Assembly: GCA_964247055.1 (NCBI GenBank)
Contig: OZ176056.1
Location: forward strand, 5,518,001-5,582,000
Source: Paragordius varius
Taxonomy: Eukaryota > Animalia > Nematomorpha
Direction of reading: 5' to 3'
DNA length: 64,000 bases
Shown: piece by piece, positions 26,174-39,297 of the stretch
Position numbering within the stretch: position 1 is the first letter of the stretch
Layout: each line of letters begins with the position of its first letter
The notes under the pieces: model-generated
Seen by the model: only the letters and a program-made list of their open reading frames with translations
The model's database searches: none
What the model was told of the DNA's origin: nothing
Translations under genes and position numbers: made by a program

Positions 26174-26449
26174 CAGTAAAAACTGAAATTATACGGTCAA
26201 AACGTAAAAATATAAAGAATATTTTTTTCTAAAAGATGACCATACTTTTTTAATCTTGATTTATCTTAAAATAACCCTTAAATATAATTGTTTTAAATAG
26301 CAAAGTATCAAAAAATATTTATAACACAATTAGTTATATAGTTTACAATCGTATCTAAAAAGCTTATATGATAAATATGGTAAAAAGTATGGTTGTCTTT
26401 TAGATGTCTTCTATTTAACGTTTTGTCCGTATGATTCCAGTTTTTACTG
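26174..26449. mobile_element. TA-flanked MITE (CAGTAAAAACTG TIR family)
   Basis: TA|CAGTAAAAACTGAAATTATACGGTCAAAACG ... CGTTTTGTCCGTATGATTCCAGTTTTTACTG|TA. Same family at 57934 and 62724. Confidence 0.8.
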
Positions 26450-26908
26450 TAAATAATTTTGCGGCCCTTTTGATTTTTTGGTGATATCTGTGTTATAAAA
26501 TATGGTTTTTAAAACTAATAGAGAGTTTGTCACTGGGATCATTAATTTGATTAAAATTGGGTAAAAAGGCATTTTTATAATAGAAATAGGTTGAAAGCTG
26601 ATGGTAGTACCTATGCTTCTAACATAAATTTGATATATTTATAATAGGGTAAATTTTTTTGTGGCATGTAATCGAGATTGAAGTATAACTTATAACCCTA
26701 TGAATTATTTGATGACAAATAAATTAAAATCACCAATAGAGATTGAAAAATATTTTAAACAATCACTAGATCATAATATAATAACAAAATGCCTAACCCA
26801 ACGCTTATAAAAGTTAACAAAATATATAGACTGACTAGAAATGAACTTTTACGTTAGGCAATAACGAGATTTTAGGGGTCTAAACTGCAACTAAAATTTT
26901 ATATATAC

Positions 26909-27043
26909 CCTAACATGTTTAAGTTTACTCCAATCAGGTTTTAGGAAAAACATTACGCCATCTCTTGCACCAGGTAGTTGGAGGACCCGAATCATAAAAA
27001 CCGTTAGTATTAGATAAGGTAATGTAGTGGTCACATAAACTAT
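26909..27043 (-). pseudogene. SLC6 copy B, TM5 exon
   Basis: [45 protein letters not shown], 135 bp. Confidence 0.93.
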
Positions 27044-27849
27044 CTATGATCATAATTTATTCCTGTAAACATTAATCTCACATATGTAATGTAAATCATA
27101 ACGATAGTAATACTAAATATAAAAGTTATTTAACATTTTAATACTTTACCAAACCGTTTGAAATGATAAAATATCATATCATCATAATAAGATAAAAGAA
27201 AAAGAGTAATGAATATAGTGTTAATTAATAAACGGTAAATATTAAAAAATATTCAAACATATGACAATATAAAAGAGAAAATTAGATATATTAATATAAA
27301 ATATTGGTATTAAAATAAGGAGGACGAAGTTAAGCCATTACAGTATACATTTTAATGGTTGCTTATTTCACACTATAGTTAGGCATACCAATACAGAGGG
27401 TTATGCAACCTAGAATCGAGTGTTTTTATATATCTCGCCAAAAAATTTTAAAAAAATTTTAAAATTTATTAACGTTTAACCATAAGCGTTTTGAAACGCT
27501 GTCGGTTAATAATGACAATTCCAGAAAATATAACATTTATTAATTTCATTAGTTACCTTTATATTCAGATAAAAACATGCTCAAATTGATAACTATGTTT
27601 AACTATTATTAAAAATCTAAATCTTTGATTTATGGCTATAATTTTTTATTTTTAAAAAATGAATATAGTTTATGGGAAAAGCAAAAGAACAGGGGGTAAG
27701 ACAAAAATTGAAGGAAATTTTTATCAATAAAGGATAATACAACTATCATAAGATATAATAATACTGTAAAAACCAAATATACATTTAAATTATTTTTTAA
27801 TAGTTTCGTAAATGGTGAGTGATTTGACAAAATTTATAAAATATATTAC

Positions 27850-27982
27850 TTTTCCGCTAGTTTTAATACCACGCATGACACATAAATAAGTTATGATCCA
27901 AGCTAAAATAAAGCAACCCAACAGTCGCACGTTGAAAGAGCCCATTTGATGCAATCCCAATGTAATTTGAATTACCCGATAA
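27850..27982 (-). pseudogene. SLC6 copy B, TM4 exon
   Basis: [44 protein letters not shown], 133 bp. Confidence 0.93.
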
Positions 27983-28143
27983 CTATTTAAATGCCATATA
28001 CGGATATATTAAAAATAATTTATATAATGATATCTAATATTTAACCTGATAAAAATTAGTTAAATTAGATTAAAATTACGGTGCATTATAAAAAATCGCT
28101 TGATATATTATGTAATAATAGTTAACCTAATAGTTTTACCTAC

Positions 28144-28328
28144 CTCCAAAATTCGAAAGCAGGCGAGGAATATCGGCAAATACAATTCTTCATTTTTGTT
28201 GAATAGTGATGTGTTAATGAAAAGAGATATATTACTTTTTCCAAAAAAATTATCCTGGCTATAGTTTGTATTAATCGTGGATATGCTCATATTCTTAGTA
28301 TATAGGTAAGTATTTACTAGAGTGAACA
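28144..28328 (-). pseudogene. SLC6 copy B, EL2 exon with frameshift
   Basis: An N-sequon-rich frame (NMS, NYS, NIS, NTS) switches to the SSPAFEFW frame just before the donor. The 185-bp length is incompatible with the flanking phases. Confidence 0.8.
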
Positions 28329-28382
28329 CTACATGAGAGTACAGCAAATAAAAAAATTTTAAAAAATACTAAAAGTATAAAC

Positions 28383-28558
28383 ATGAAGTCGCGTACGATT
28401 TATAACGAAAGATAAAACAAGATGCGCTATTCCAATCATTGAGGCAGTTTCCCCAAGGTAGCTCTTGAAAAGATTGTATCAAATAAAATAATATAATAGC
28501 AATCAATTAACTAAGACACTTCTAATTAAGGCTAAAAGAACTGAACCAATACCAACCC
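28383..28558 (-). pseudogene. SLC6 copy B, TM3 exon with frameshift
   Basis: GVGIGSVLLALIRSVLVN/frameshift/[29 protein letters not shown]. The donor position is less certain than the acceptor. Confidence 0.85.
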
Positions 28559-28618
28559 CTAGAAAACAGTATACGTATATTATTTGTAAAAAAAACAGAA
28601 AAATTTATCATTTATAAG

Positions 28619-29269
28619 TAGGGTTGTGCATTTGACTGCTTTTTCAAAAAACTGGTCAGACCCAGTCAGACCATGGTCATGACCGTACTCATGACCACTT
28701 TTTACTTAAGTAAATATCATGCAAAATTGTGAAAATAATGTTCAAACGATACTTGAGTTTTTAATAATAATGTCATATTTTTCTTAAAAGTTTGTATTAT
28801 ACATTTTTTTGATATTAATTATTCACAAATATTTTCAATCAAAATTAATTAAGAATTTTTTCAAACTTCAAATACACAGGTTTTATGGATAGGTAAAATA
28901 AAATTTTTTAATCATTGAAGTATCCAATTATAAAATGTTCTTATATTTTATTGGTTCACATATATGGAATAATTGCATATTTTGCAAAGTGCATCGTTTT
29001 GTTTTTCGATAACTGGATATGCTTAAATGCTAATGTATAAGGATGTGACAATTTTATATTGTTAAATAAGCATATTTAAATATTTAATTTATATTTCAAA
29101 AAAATATATTGATAAACAATAAAATCATACCATTTCTCTTCCAAAAAAATATACCAGCAACTTTTCATAAAACAGCTGTTTTTTCAAATGACCAAAAAAT
29201 AACTGGTACACTGACCTAACCATGACCCGGTCAATTGACCGGGTCATGACTTGGTCAACACAACGCTTT
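28619..29269. mobile_element. hAT-like MITE with TGACC/GGTCA subterminal motifs
   Basis: Left end TAGGGTTGTGCATTTGAC and right end GTCAACACAACGC. TGACC repeats cluster near both ends. Confidence 0.55.
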
Positions 29270-29681
29270 TTATAACATATAGATTTTGGAATTACCATTG
29301 AACATCTATAACTTTCGCTCTTAATATTTCCGGTTAAAGCGCATAATTGATATATTTTTGGTACTTCAATATGGGTCTATAATTTATTACATAATAGATT
29401 TCGAAAATAAAATTAAAAACTAATTTTTTATTAAAAACATAGAAAGGTTATATAATTAATAGCAAAGACAAAATCTCAAGGTTAATTAAATTTTAACTTA
29501 GCTTAGATTAAAAAATTATTTTAAGTGTATTTCAATTGTTGAAATCGAAATCATAAACTTCATGTTGGGATTAGAAATGTTCAAAATGGAATAGATTGTA
29601 ATATGAGGAATTTAAGGTCGGTGAAAATTTTATTTAATGGTAGAGTTTGTTATAGTGTATAATATATCTTGAAAGATTAAT

Positions 29682-31650
29682 AATTTTATTTAAAAAATGG
29701 AAAATGGTGGCTTTGTGACATGTTTCCGGAAAACCGATAGGCCCATTCAAATCCAAATGTCAAAAAAATATAATAATTAATGACCCTGACAATGGCTTCG
29801 CCCTTTTTTGAATTAGTTTCTCAGTTCGAGCCCACCGTGTAAAAACGGTTTTTTTTGAAAACTTAAGTCCACAAAGATCGTGTGTTTTAGACAATTTTCC
29901 GGAAAACGTGTTGGACTATTTGATTTCTAATATCCTTTTTATTTACTTTTTTCGATTGCGCCGAACATATCGGCTCGCTTTTTTAAATTAGGCTTTCTTT
30001 TCACCCGCTTCCCCCATAAAAGCCATTTTCTATTTTTCGCCAAAATTATAAGACCGCAATGAGGATTCCAGGTATTCCCTGTTAAAAGGCAAAACTTTTA
30101 CTCATGCGTTTTATTATATTGGCTGCTGGGTAGGGAGATACCCGCTAAAAACTGCCCCATTTATTCAAATAGTGTGCCTTTGAGATTAAAATTTAGAAAA
30201 CCTATCAGGCCATATGAGTTAAGGTAAAAATATAGGTCTTACGGTTTTTTAAAATTAGCCGTTATTTAGGCCCTTCACGCCCTAAAAATGCGCCTTTATA
30301 AAATGATTTTTTAGTTTTAAGGAAATTTTTCCGAAAACTAATAAGAGCTTATGGAATCTATTATAATTCTAGGTATTCAAAAAGGAAATTTTAATCAAGC
30401 GCTTTTCGTATCAGCTTTGGATAGGGAGCTACCCGCCTAAAACTGCGCCACCATATCGATTACGTTGTTTAGGAGTTATTTTCGGAAAACTTATCAGGCC
30501 ACATAAGTTTAATAAGGGCCTAAAATATTACCCGTAAAAAGACAAAAATATAAGTCGAGCGGTTTTTTAATTCCCTTAATTAGGCGTTTTTCCCTAAAGA
30601 ATGCGGCACCATATAATGAATATTCGGTTTTGAGGCATTTTCGAAAATCCTAGGAGAGCATATGGAATCAATCATGGTTACAGAAATTACCAGAATTAAG
30701 GCATTAATAAAACGTTTTTTTGGTTAGGGGACTACCCGCGAAAAACTGCGTCACCATATCGATACAGCATGCCTTTGGAGCCAAATTTCAAAAAACCAAA
30801 GAATCTAATAGGAAATGGAATATATGATAATTCCAGATATTCCCCATATAAAGGTAAAAATATTAGCCAACGCTTCTTTTATACCTGCCCTTGGGTTAGG
30901 AGCTACGACAAAAACTGCGCCACTATATAGAAATTGCGTTGTTTGGAGGGCTAAAGTACAGAAAATTATTAGCTCATTAAAAGCTTAAAATATTACCCGT
31001 AACTAGGTAATAAAGGTCAGGCGTTATTTTATTAGCCGTTAATTTAGGGCCTTTATGCCTAAAAATACCCCATCATATAACGATTTAATGTTAAGGTGTT
31101 TTTTGAATGACCCATGAGAGGATGGTATCAAAGATGATTCCAAATATTTGTCCTAAAAGAATTTAACTCAACGCTTTTTCCATATAGGTCTATATGTACG
31201 GGTTTAACGGTTTATAACTGAGACGCCATTGAAAAATGGCGTGGTTTTGGAGCTAATTTTCAAAACTTAAGAAACCATACGAGTCAGTTTAACATATTCT
31301 TAGGAATTTATATAATAACAATCTTTCAACAGGACCACAAATGATTTACTTTTTATATTCCTTGATCCCAGCTGTCTGAACATTTCAAAATAAAACTTTC
31401 CATGATTTCAACGAAAATCTTAAAATTCAAGATAGTTAAATAATAACTTTAATAATGGACAGTTTAAATATGGTCAATTTCGTAAACAATATTTGAGCCT
31501 ATGCAAAAACTAGTAAAAAAATAATTAAAAAAATTCTCTTTTAATGTGTTTTTTATTATTTAATTATCTTCATTACTTCTATTTATTGCAAATTATTAAG
31601 AATAATTGTCGGTGAGACTACCTCACAGCGAAGCGTGACGGGCTAACTAG
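29682..31650 (+). mobile_element. Non-autonomous Helitron-like element
   Basis: 3' end CACAGCGAAGCGTGACGGGCTAACTAG|T (GC-rich subterminal motif plus CTAG before T). Internal ~300-bp modules. Homologous copies at 13.5, 37 and 47 kb. Confidence 0.8.
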
Positions 31651-33039
31651 TAGTATAATAAATATATGGAAAATTTTATGCATATAGCTATTTATCACAA
31701 ATGGCTTTAATTTGTTTTGCTATTAAAATTTGGGTTGTACATAAAATGTTGTTTGCAAGCCGCGATGCTAGTCTGCATGGTAGAATATCTGTTATTGCTC
31801 CAAAATATATTATTGAATTATTGCCGGTTTAACTAAGACGACGTCAGTAAAAATAGCCATTAATTAATTTGATATATACAGATCCTATTTTGTTTATCTG
31901 ATAACGACACATATACACAATTTGAGTTCGCCAAAAACTAGCGTATAATTTTTATAATTCATTTATCATGTCAAGTAAGCCATCAGGAAAAAAGGCTTTT
32001 ATCGTTTGCTAGAAACACATGGTGAATAACCGATTAACACGTGTGAAACATGGTGAAGTAAAAAGCTTTGAACTTATATTAAGGAGGGATTCTCTGGTGT
32101 ATAACACAACTACGAAGTCGCTAAACGGCATAATAAATGACCAACTAAAACTCAACATTTGAGAGAAGCATTACACTAATGTGACCAGATAGGCTGTTTT
32201 TTGCATTACAGTACGGGATTTTCAAAAAAAAACTGCGACTGTACTGCGCCAACTTTTGTACAGCTTTTTGAAATTAAAAAATTTTTTTTGAATATTAACT
32301 TTTATTTATTCAAATATTATTTAAGAATTTGATATAGTACCATCTGTAAAAAATAACCCCATAATTTGTAAAGAAATGGTTCATTTTGCGGTAAAAAAAC
32401 TAAGGGCCTATTTTTAGTTGACTAATATTTTATTTTCTGCTCAAATTATACATAAAACTAGGATTGCAGCCTTTAGCGCTGTGGCGAAACTATAAATCTT
32501 GGACTCCACCCCGTAAATAATGGCTCTTTCACTCAGGGCTTCCGCAAAAAAAGGTGCCTCAAAATTTAAATTAACAAAATTATTCATGATATTTTAATAA
32601 ATGTTTGATCATGTTTAAGTTCATTTTTTAATTATCAAACGGAAAATTATATAAAAATTTGTTATTCCCGTACCATATATTTTAAAATTTATCATATATG
32701 GCATATGATTTTGAAAATACCTTTTTTCGTATTAAAAAATTAACGTTTTTACGTTTTTTATACTCTTAGGTGGGAGGTATGCTTTTTAATTTTTTTCCTA
32801 AACTTAAATTATTATTAGTTTTCTTATTTTTTAAACCAAATTATGAGTTTTTTTTTAATGCGTGCTCAAACTATTTTGAAGCATGATGGATACGGTATAA
32901 CACTTTAAGACAGTGATACTCACCAAAAAAATTTGACGGGTCAAATAATATATATATTTTTTCGAGGACCATCATGAACCTTATAATGGAAAATACTCCA
33001 TACTATTTTACAACATACACACACATATTTTTAAATCAG

Positions 33040-34950
33040 CGCAAAGAATTTTGTGCTGATTACATGTAAATCCTGCTAAAAACTCGTTTTGCACCGTTTA
33101 GTATAAAATATTAAACAACATTTATTTAGATATTAACCAATGATTTTTAACTATTTTGGTTTCACCTCATGACAGGCCACTTAATCCGTCGTCCATATGA
33201 TCATCGGTAAAACGATTTCTGTATGTATTCTTGACATATTTCATTTTTGAATATGCCGTCTCACACGTGAAAGTTAGGGGAAAAACATTTAGGACAACTT
33301 GAGCAGATTTTTTATATTTTCCTATTTATTTGGCACATCTAGGCAGAACTCTACATATCTTTCTTCCCTACGAATCTACTTGAATATAGCCTCCCAATTG
33401 AAATCATTTTTAAAATCTACGAATTCTTCAATGATATGCGCCTGATCAAAGCCGATATACTATTGGATATATCCATATGCCATGGATTTTCAACGAGTTT
33501 TTGAGAAATTTATAATATTTATTAATTCTTGAAATCTAAATTCATCTTATTAGATAAAAATGTTTGATTGTCTAAATCTCCGTGGTAAATCCACATTTTC
33601 TACATGAATCGTTTTTAGTGTTGGAAAATATAGGAATGTTTTAATTATAAAATCTTGTTTATATATTATTATTTTCTCTTCAAAAGCATATATTTTAATA
33701 GCAAATTGTGTTATTATTTTGCTCCCTTGAAGTTATAACAAAATTTCTAAATCTTTAAGTAATGTCGCAAAGTTAGGCTAATAACAGCCACTAGTCACAA
33801 TTAATTTCTCTTCAAACTTTCTGTTATCTTATATAAATAATAGAATTTATTGTCTTAAAACAAAAAATCTATTTAATACTTTGCTAAGGTTTTACCATCT
33901 CACCTCCGAGTACAAAAGAATATCGAATTCACTGTGGATATCTTTCAGAAGGTTTTTGAATTTTTGATAATTCTCTGCTATGGATGTGGTTAACTATATC
34001 CACAACCGTTTTAATTACTGTGATTCATCTTTTACACGCAAAACCAAGCTTTGCTAATGAAAGCAGTGAAAGGGTAAATATTTTGCATATTATAGTTGTT
34101 TTTCAAAAGAGGAACAAATCCGTTGTTTATTCCAATCATAGAGGGACAGCCAGATCAAAACCAATTTTTTCATAGACATACTATTATTATCCGAAAAAAG
34201 AATTATTTCGAGAAAATCACTTCCTTTTGTGGTATTATTCATTGGTAAAAATTTAAATATTCATCTTTTATTATGTCGTTGTAAAATCCTCACGAAGAGC
34301 GCAAGTTGAGGTGTTGAACTAATATTAGTGCTAGAATCAATAGCAATACTTGAAGTTTCAGAGCCAATAATGTATTGTTAAAAATATATTTAGCCATATT
34401 TTCATCTCGTCATGTTAAGTCATAGAGTTGAGGTTTTTAATCCTCATGATTTGTATTCTAAAATTAATCAAATAAAAAAGTGCAATCATTTATTGGCATT
34501 CTTTTATTAGTTGGAATCAGTAAACGGTTTTTTTTCTAAAATATTGCGAATTTCATACGAAGCTAATATTACAGCTTCTTCTTGGCTGAAGATATGGATA
34601 TAATAGATTTTTCTTTCTGGTATAATTCTTATTTTTTTCGTTTCTTGCCTCATTCTTTTCTGGTTATTTATAAGAATGATAGATTTTAAAATGTTTTCAA
34701 TATTATATTTTTTTATAATTATGATATCCTTTCATAACGGTAAATTTATTTTTAACGACAATTTCTTTCTATTCTTTTTAAAAGGAGCGATTTTCATCGG
34801 ATAATTTACGTTTTTTTAGCATAAGATGTCATCTTTTGAATTTATGTTTAAATATTATGTATTGATTAAAATAAATTCATGCTATAAAAAACAGGTTGAA
34901 ATATAATGATGGTGATTTGAATATTTTATAGGAATTAGTTATAAAAAATG
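33040..34950 (-). mobile_element. Degenerate hAT (Buster/SPIN, GTF2IRD2-like) transposase remnant
   Basis: Minus strand reads EEAVILASYEIRNILEKKPFTDS.LIKEC (~34480-34590). Its 3' part is the reverse complement of 50700-51160. Confidence 0.8.
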
Positions 34951-35044
34951 ATGCAGGTAGCAACGAAAAATTTATGTATATGCAAGTTTGGGTGAAAGGC
35001 TTGTTAAAATACAAAAAAATTCAATTAAAATTCCAGAATAGAAA

Positions 35045-35860
35045 AATAAAATACAGATGTCCCGAAATATTAAAATCATTTTAAGTCATGCATCCTTTAT
35101 TTTATTAAAAAGTTATTTTTTTCGTTAATAGGTATAAATATTTTGTAAAGAATGGAAAACACAGGAGCTCTATGGTAATTCTTACACTTTTGATGAATAT
35201 ATTATTGTTAATACTATAGACTTGTTTTTTCCATTCTTTCGGATCCCGACATATGAGCACGGCTAGCATTGGAACGTGCTAGTATGGGTAAACTGTCCAA
35301 AATTTGGAACTCGTCGGTCATAAGATTTCCAACCAAACTTGCCATCCTGAAGGCGATGATATACCCCGTGGCAATTTATGGATCCGAATCATGGATATGC
35401 AAATCCATTGATAACGCATAAACTCTTTTCAAATGTGGTGCTTTCGGAAAATATTGAAAATCTCCTGGAAAGCCCACATCTCCAATTCTTATATCCTCAA
35501 CCTCATCAAACCCGAATTTTTACTTCAAAATTTAATAATCTTTAAACAGCTAAAATATCTGGGTCATATCCTACGATCCGACTCGCTAGAAAAAGGAATA
35601 ATCTTTGGGTTGGTAGATGGCACTCGCAGAAGGGGCCGACACAAAAAGCGGTGGATAGACATGCTTGAATCAATAACAAACCGAACTTTTCCTCAATTGT
35701 TGAGAGAATCACAGATCGTCAATAATGGAGAACACTAATTTATGAGAAAGCCAAGAGTCGCTACATGACTAGCTTATAACAACAACCAAATATTTATATC
35801 GATTTAACAAAAAAAATTAATTTTTGATAAATTAAAGGATACGTGACTGTAATGTAGAGA
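35045..35860. mobile_element. Short copy of the 42961-44742 long-TIR family, interrupted by an RTE fragment
   Basis: Shares AAGAGCTCTATGGT and GGATAC.TGACTGTA arm sequences. The RTE splits TTCCATTCTTT/ACCAAATATTT, which is contiguous at ~44650-44670. Confidence 0.65.
35242..35785 (+). mobile_element. 5'-truncated RTE LINE fragment
   Basis: MIYPVAIYGSESW; MWCFRKILKISWK..LKYLGHILR..GLVDGTRRRGRHKKRWID; short (AAC)n tail. Confidence 0.85.
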
Positions 35861-36059
35861 AATATCTCTACATTTTAAATTGTGTAAAGAATAAAAATTA
35901 CAAAAATTAAATCTTAAGTATTGTAATAAGCGACAATTTTATGTGTATTAAAAATATATCAATCAAGAAAATAATTTAAGTATCAATATGGTCATAAAGC
36001 AATTTTAAAGCACTCTTAGGGCCGCGGTTTGAGTACCACTGATCTACATCATGAGAAGA

Positions 36060-36590
36060 ACGCATTTTGGCATTGAATCGGGACGGGTTTAGGATGGTTT
36101 TTTAATAGCGGAAAAAAACATGGCTTTAACCTTGCCAAGCCGGTCCATCAACACCAAGGCCAACGTTGGCTAGAAGACCTTGCTCTGCAGGTCGGATATC
36201 CGAATTATGTATTATAAATTTTTGCATCTTGGTTAAACCGTTAAACAACGCTATCGCAAACCAAATAATTTAAACCATGCTGAAATCGAAACCCGACTAA
36301 AATTGGCTAAATGACATTGCAAAGTGATTTTGCGACATAATAAGGCTCCATCTCACACAGTAAAACCAGTGAAGGACACCTGAAAGCTTTGGTGGGAAAT
36401 TCCACCGCATCGGCTGAACTCTCCTGACCTGGCGTCACCTGACTAATAAAAATTCGCATCAATGAGGCATACCCTCGCAAATTAGATTTCGATAATTACG
36501 AAGACGTTATGGTTATACGAATGGTTTGTTACAAATAACAATCAATTTTATTGACACAGCATTCACCTATATTATTTGAGTTGAGGAAAT
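36060..36590 (+). mobile_element. Mariner (Mos1-like) transposase remnant
   Basis: Decayed VIL.H.KAPSHTVKPVKDT, SPDLASPD (YSPDLAPSDY motif) and FDNYEDV. Confidence 0.8.
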
Positions 36591-36840
36591 ATGTAAGATA
36601 AACAATATTAATAAAATATAATTATATATACGAAAGCCTTAGGCTAAATTACAGATTGAGGATACAGCAAAACCGAACATATCAATATTATATCGCATAC
36701 TAATATTATATTTCTAAAATAATCCATAAGTTAGCAAAAACAACTTTTAAAAACCACCTAATATGTTTTATTATTTGGATTACTATCATTCTGGCATATT
36801 GAATTGTATAAAAATGTTATAATCTTAAATATATTAATTA

Positions 36841-38600
36841 CTAGTGTAAATCTCGGGCTGCTACGCAGCTCGAGGAAGTCCTTCAACCTTCTTGGGAAAG
36901 GGGGAACTCTATTTGAAAAGTATCAACAAAATTGTGATCCATATATGCTGATTATTTCTGAACATACCTGAATAGTTATGATCTCATAAAATTTTCAATA
37001 CAATGCTTCATAGAAATTTCAATTTGCAGTCATATTAGTATATTGTTTACTGGTGTGATAGCTTCAACGACGGCAAACGGAAAAAACAGCTATATTATAA
37101 TTTTTACATTTTTATGAGTAATTAAAGCCTTTATTAAACTCATATGGCTTCTTAAGTTTTTTTATTAGCTCCAAAACCACGCCATTTTAGTATGGCGTCT
37201 CAGTTTTAAACTAATAGACCCCCATCCATACACTTATATGAGAAAAGCGTTGAGTTAAATTCTTTGCTATTAAAGGGCAAATATTTGGAATCATGAGGTT
37301 CGAAAAAATACCTCAACGCTATCGTTATGTGATGGCATTAATTTGGGGCATAAAGGACCCAAATTAACGGGTAATAAAAAACGCCTGACTTTAATTTTTA
37401 CCTAGTTACGGGTAATATATCAAGCTTTTAATGAGCTCATATGGCCATAAATTTTCTGCGGGTCCAAAACGCAATTTCTATATAGAAGCGCAGTTTTTGG
37501 CGGATGGTTTCTTACCCGCAGGTATAAAAAAGCTTTTGGCAAAGTTTTTGCCTTTAGGGGAGTATCTAAAATTATCATGGATTCCATAATTCCTAAAAGT
37601 TCTTGGAAATATTGCTTCAAAACCGAAAAATTCTTCTATGGGGGCGCATTTTTTAGGGCGTTAAATTTTACTTAGGGACTCATTGAAAAAAACCCATACA
37701 AAATATTTGTTTTTTAAGGGTAGTAAATATTTTACGACCTTATTGAACTCAGATAGTCTTATAGTTTTGATATTTAACTCCAAAGGCATGCTAAATCAAT
37801 AAGGGGAAACAGTTTTACGTGGGTAACCCCCCTAGATAGGAGCGAAACAAAACTCTCGATTATTTTTGCTTTACGGGTGATATCTGGAATCATGAAGGAT
37901 TCCATATGCTATCGTGGGATTTTTGAAAATGCTTCAAATCAAAAAGTCAGTTTATGGTGGCGTTTTTCAGGGAAAGGGCCTAATTAAGGGGTAATTTTAT
38001 AATACCGCTGTACTTAAATTATTTTTACGGGATTTCTTGTCCTTATTGGATTCATATAATCTGATAGATTTTATGAAATTTTGCCCCAAAGGCACGCTAA
38101 TTCGATATGACGGGGCATTTTTAGCAAAGATTTCTTTACCCAGCAGCCAATATAAAAGAAACGCACTTCTAAAATTTTCGCCTTTTACAGGGAATATATA
38201 CAATCCTCATTGAATTTTTACTGTTGTACACCTGGGGTGAATAATTGATTCAAAAATTATTTTTGTGTACTTAGTTTTTTTTAAAAAAAATGGATTTTTA
38301 CGGGGGGAGCTGGGGCCTAAATAAAAAAAGCGAGCCGACTTTTTCAGCGCAATCGAAAATAAGTAAAAAAATCATATATGAAATTAAATGATCCAACACG
38401 TTTTCCGGAAATTATCTCAACACAATTTTTGTGGACTGTTTCAAAACACCGTTTTTTGACACAAGGTGATTCCGAACTGTGGGCCTTTTTCAAAAAAGGG
38501 CGCAGCTATTGTCGGGGCATTCATTAATGATTATATTTTTTTGTCATTTGGATTTGAGGGGTCTACCGGTTTTAAGGAAACATTTTCCACTAATTAAAAT
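36841..38600 (-). mobile_element. Helitron-like element, same internal family with a different 3' terminus
   Basis: 37100-38600 is the reverse complement of the 30 kb family. The minus-strand terminus reads CGAGCTGCGTAGCAGCCCGAGATTTACACTAG|T. Confidence 0.7.
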
Positions 38601-39297
38601 GTATTACAATTATTTAATACTTATATAATATAAAAATTTTGACGAAAATTGGTATTATATTAACGGCTCCTCTATATAACATTCAAAATTATCATCATCA
38701 GGTTCAGTTTTTTAATTATATGAAAATGTTCACATTTAACACAAAGTAATACAATCAAAAACAAAACAAAGAAATAAATTAATTTATTTTACATGAGTTG
38801 CAATTTTAATTAGAAATTAAAACTCGTCCTTAAATTTTGATTAAAAGAAATATTTTTAGACTCAAGTAATTTTTAAATACATTGTTTTGGGTTTCAAAAT
38901 TAGAGTTATATGGATATTAGTAACATATTCAACTATTTCGAGACAATAGTAAACTTGTAGGTTTAAGAGAAATGTTACACACATCACACAGTTAGATTAA
39001 AATTACTTATGCTTTTCTATTTATGCATTTAGCTTTTCATTTTTATGATTTTAGTTCTATAAAATGCATAGGCTTAATAATAATTTATGTGTCAAAAGTT
39101 CATAATTTTTCACATGCAGTCCTGTAATCCTATAACATTTCTCGACAAGCTTAAGTAGGAATTTAGTATAAATAAACCTGTTTTTTATTGTAGCCTCGAC
39201 TGATATATTCATTATGTAGAGCCTTTAAACCCAGTTATATTTATTCATTACCTTTTTATGCGCATTATCATAAATTTTTAGCTAATATGTTATATTA

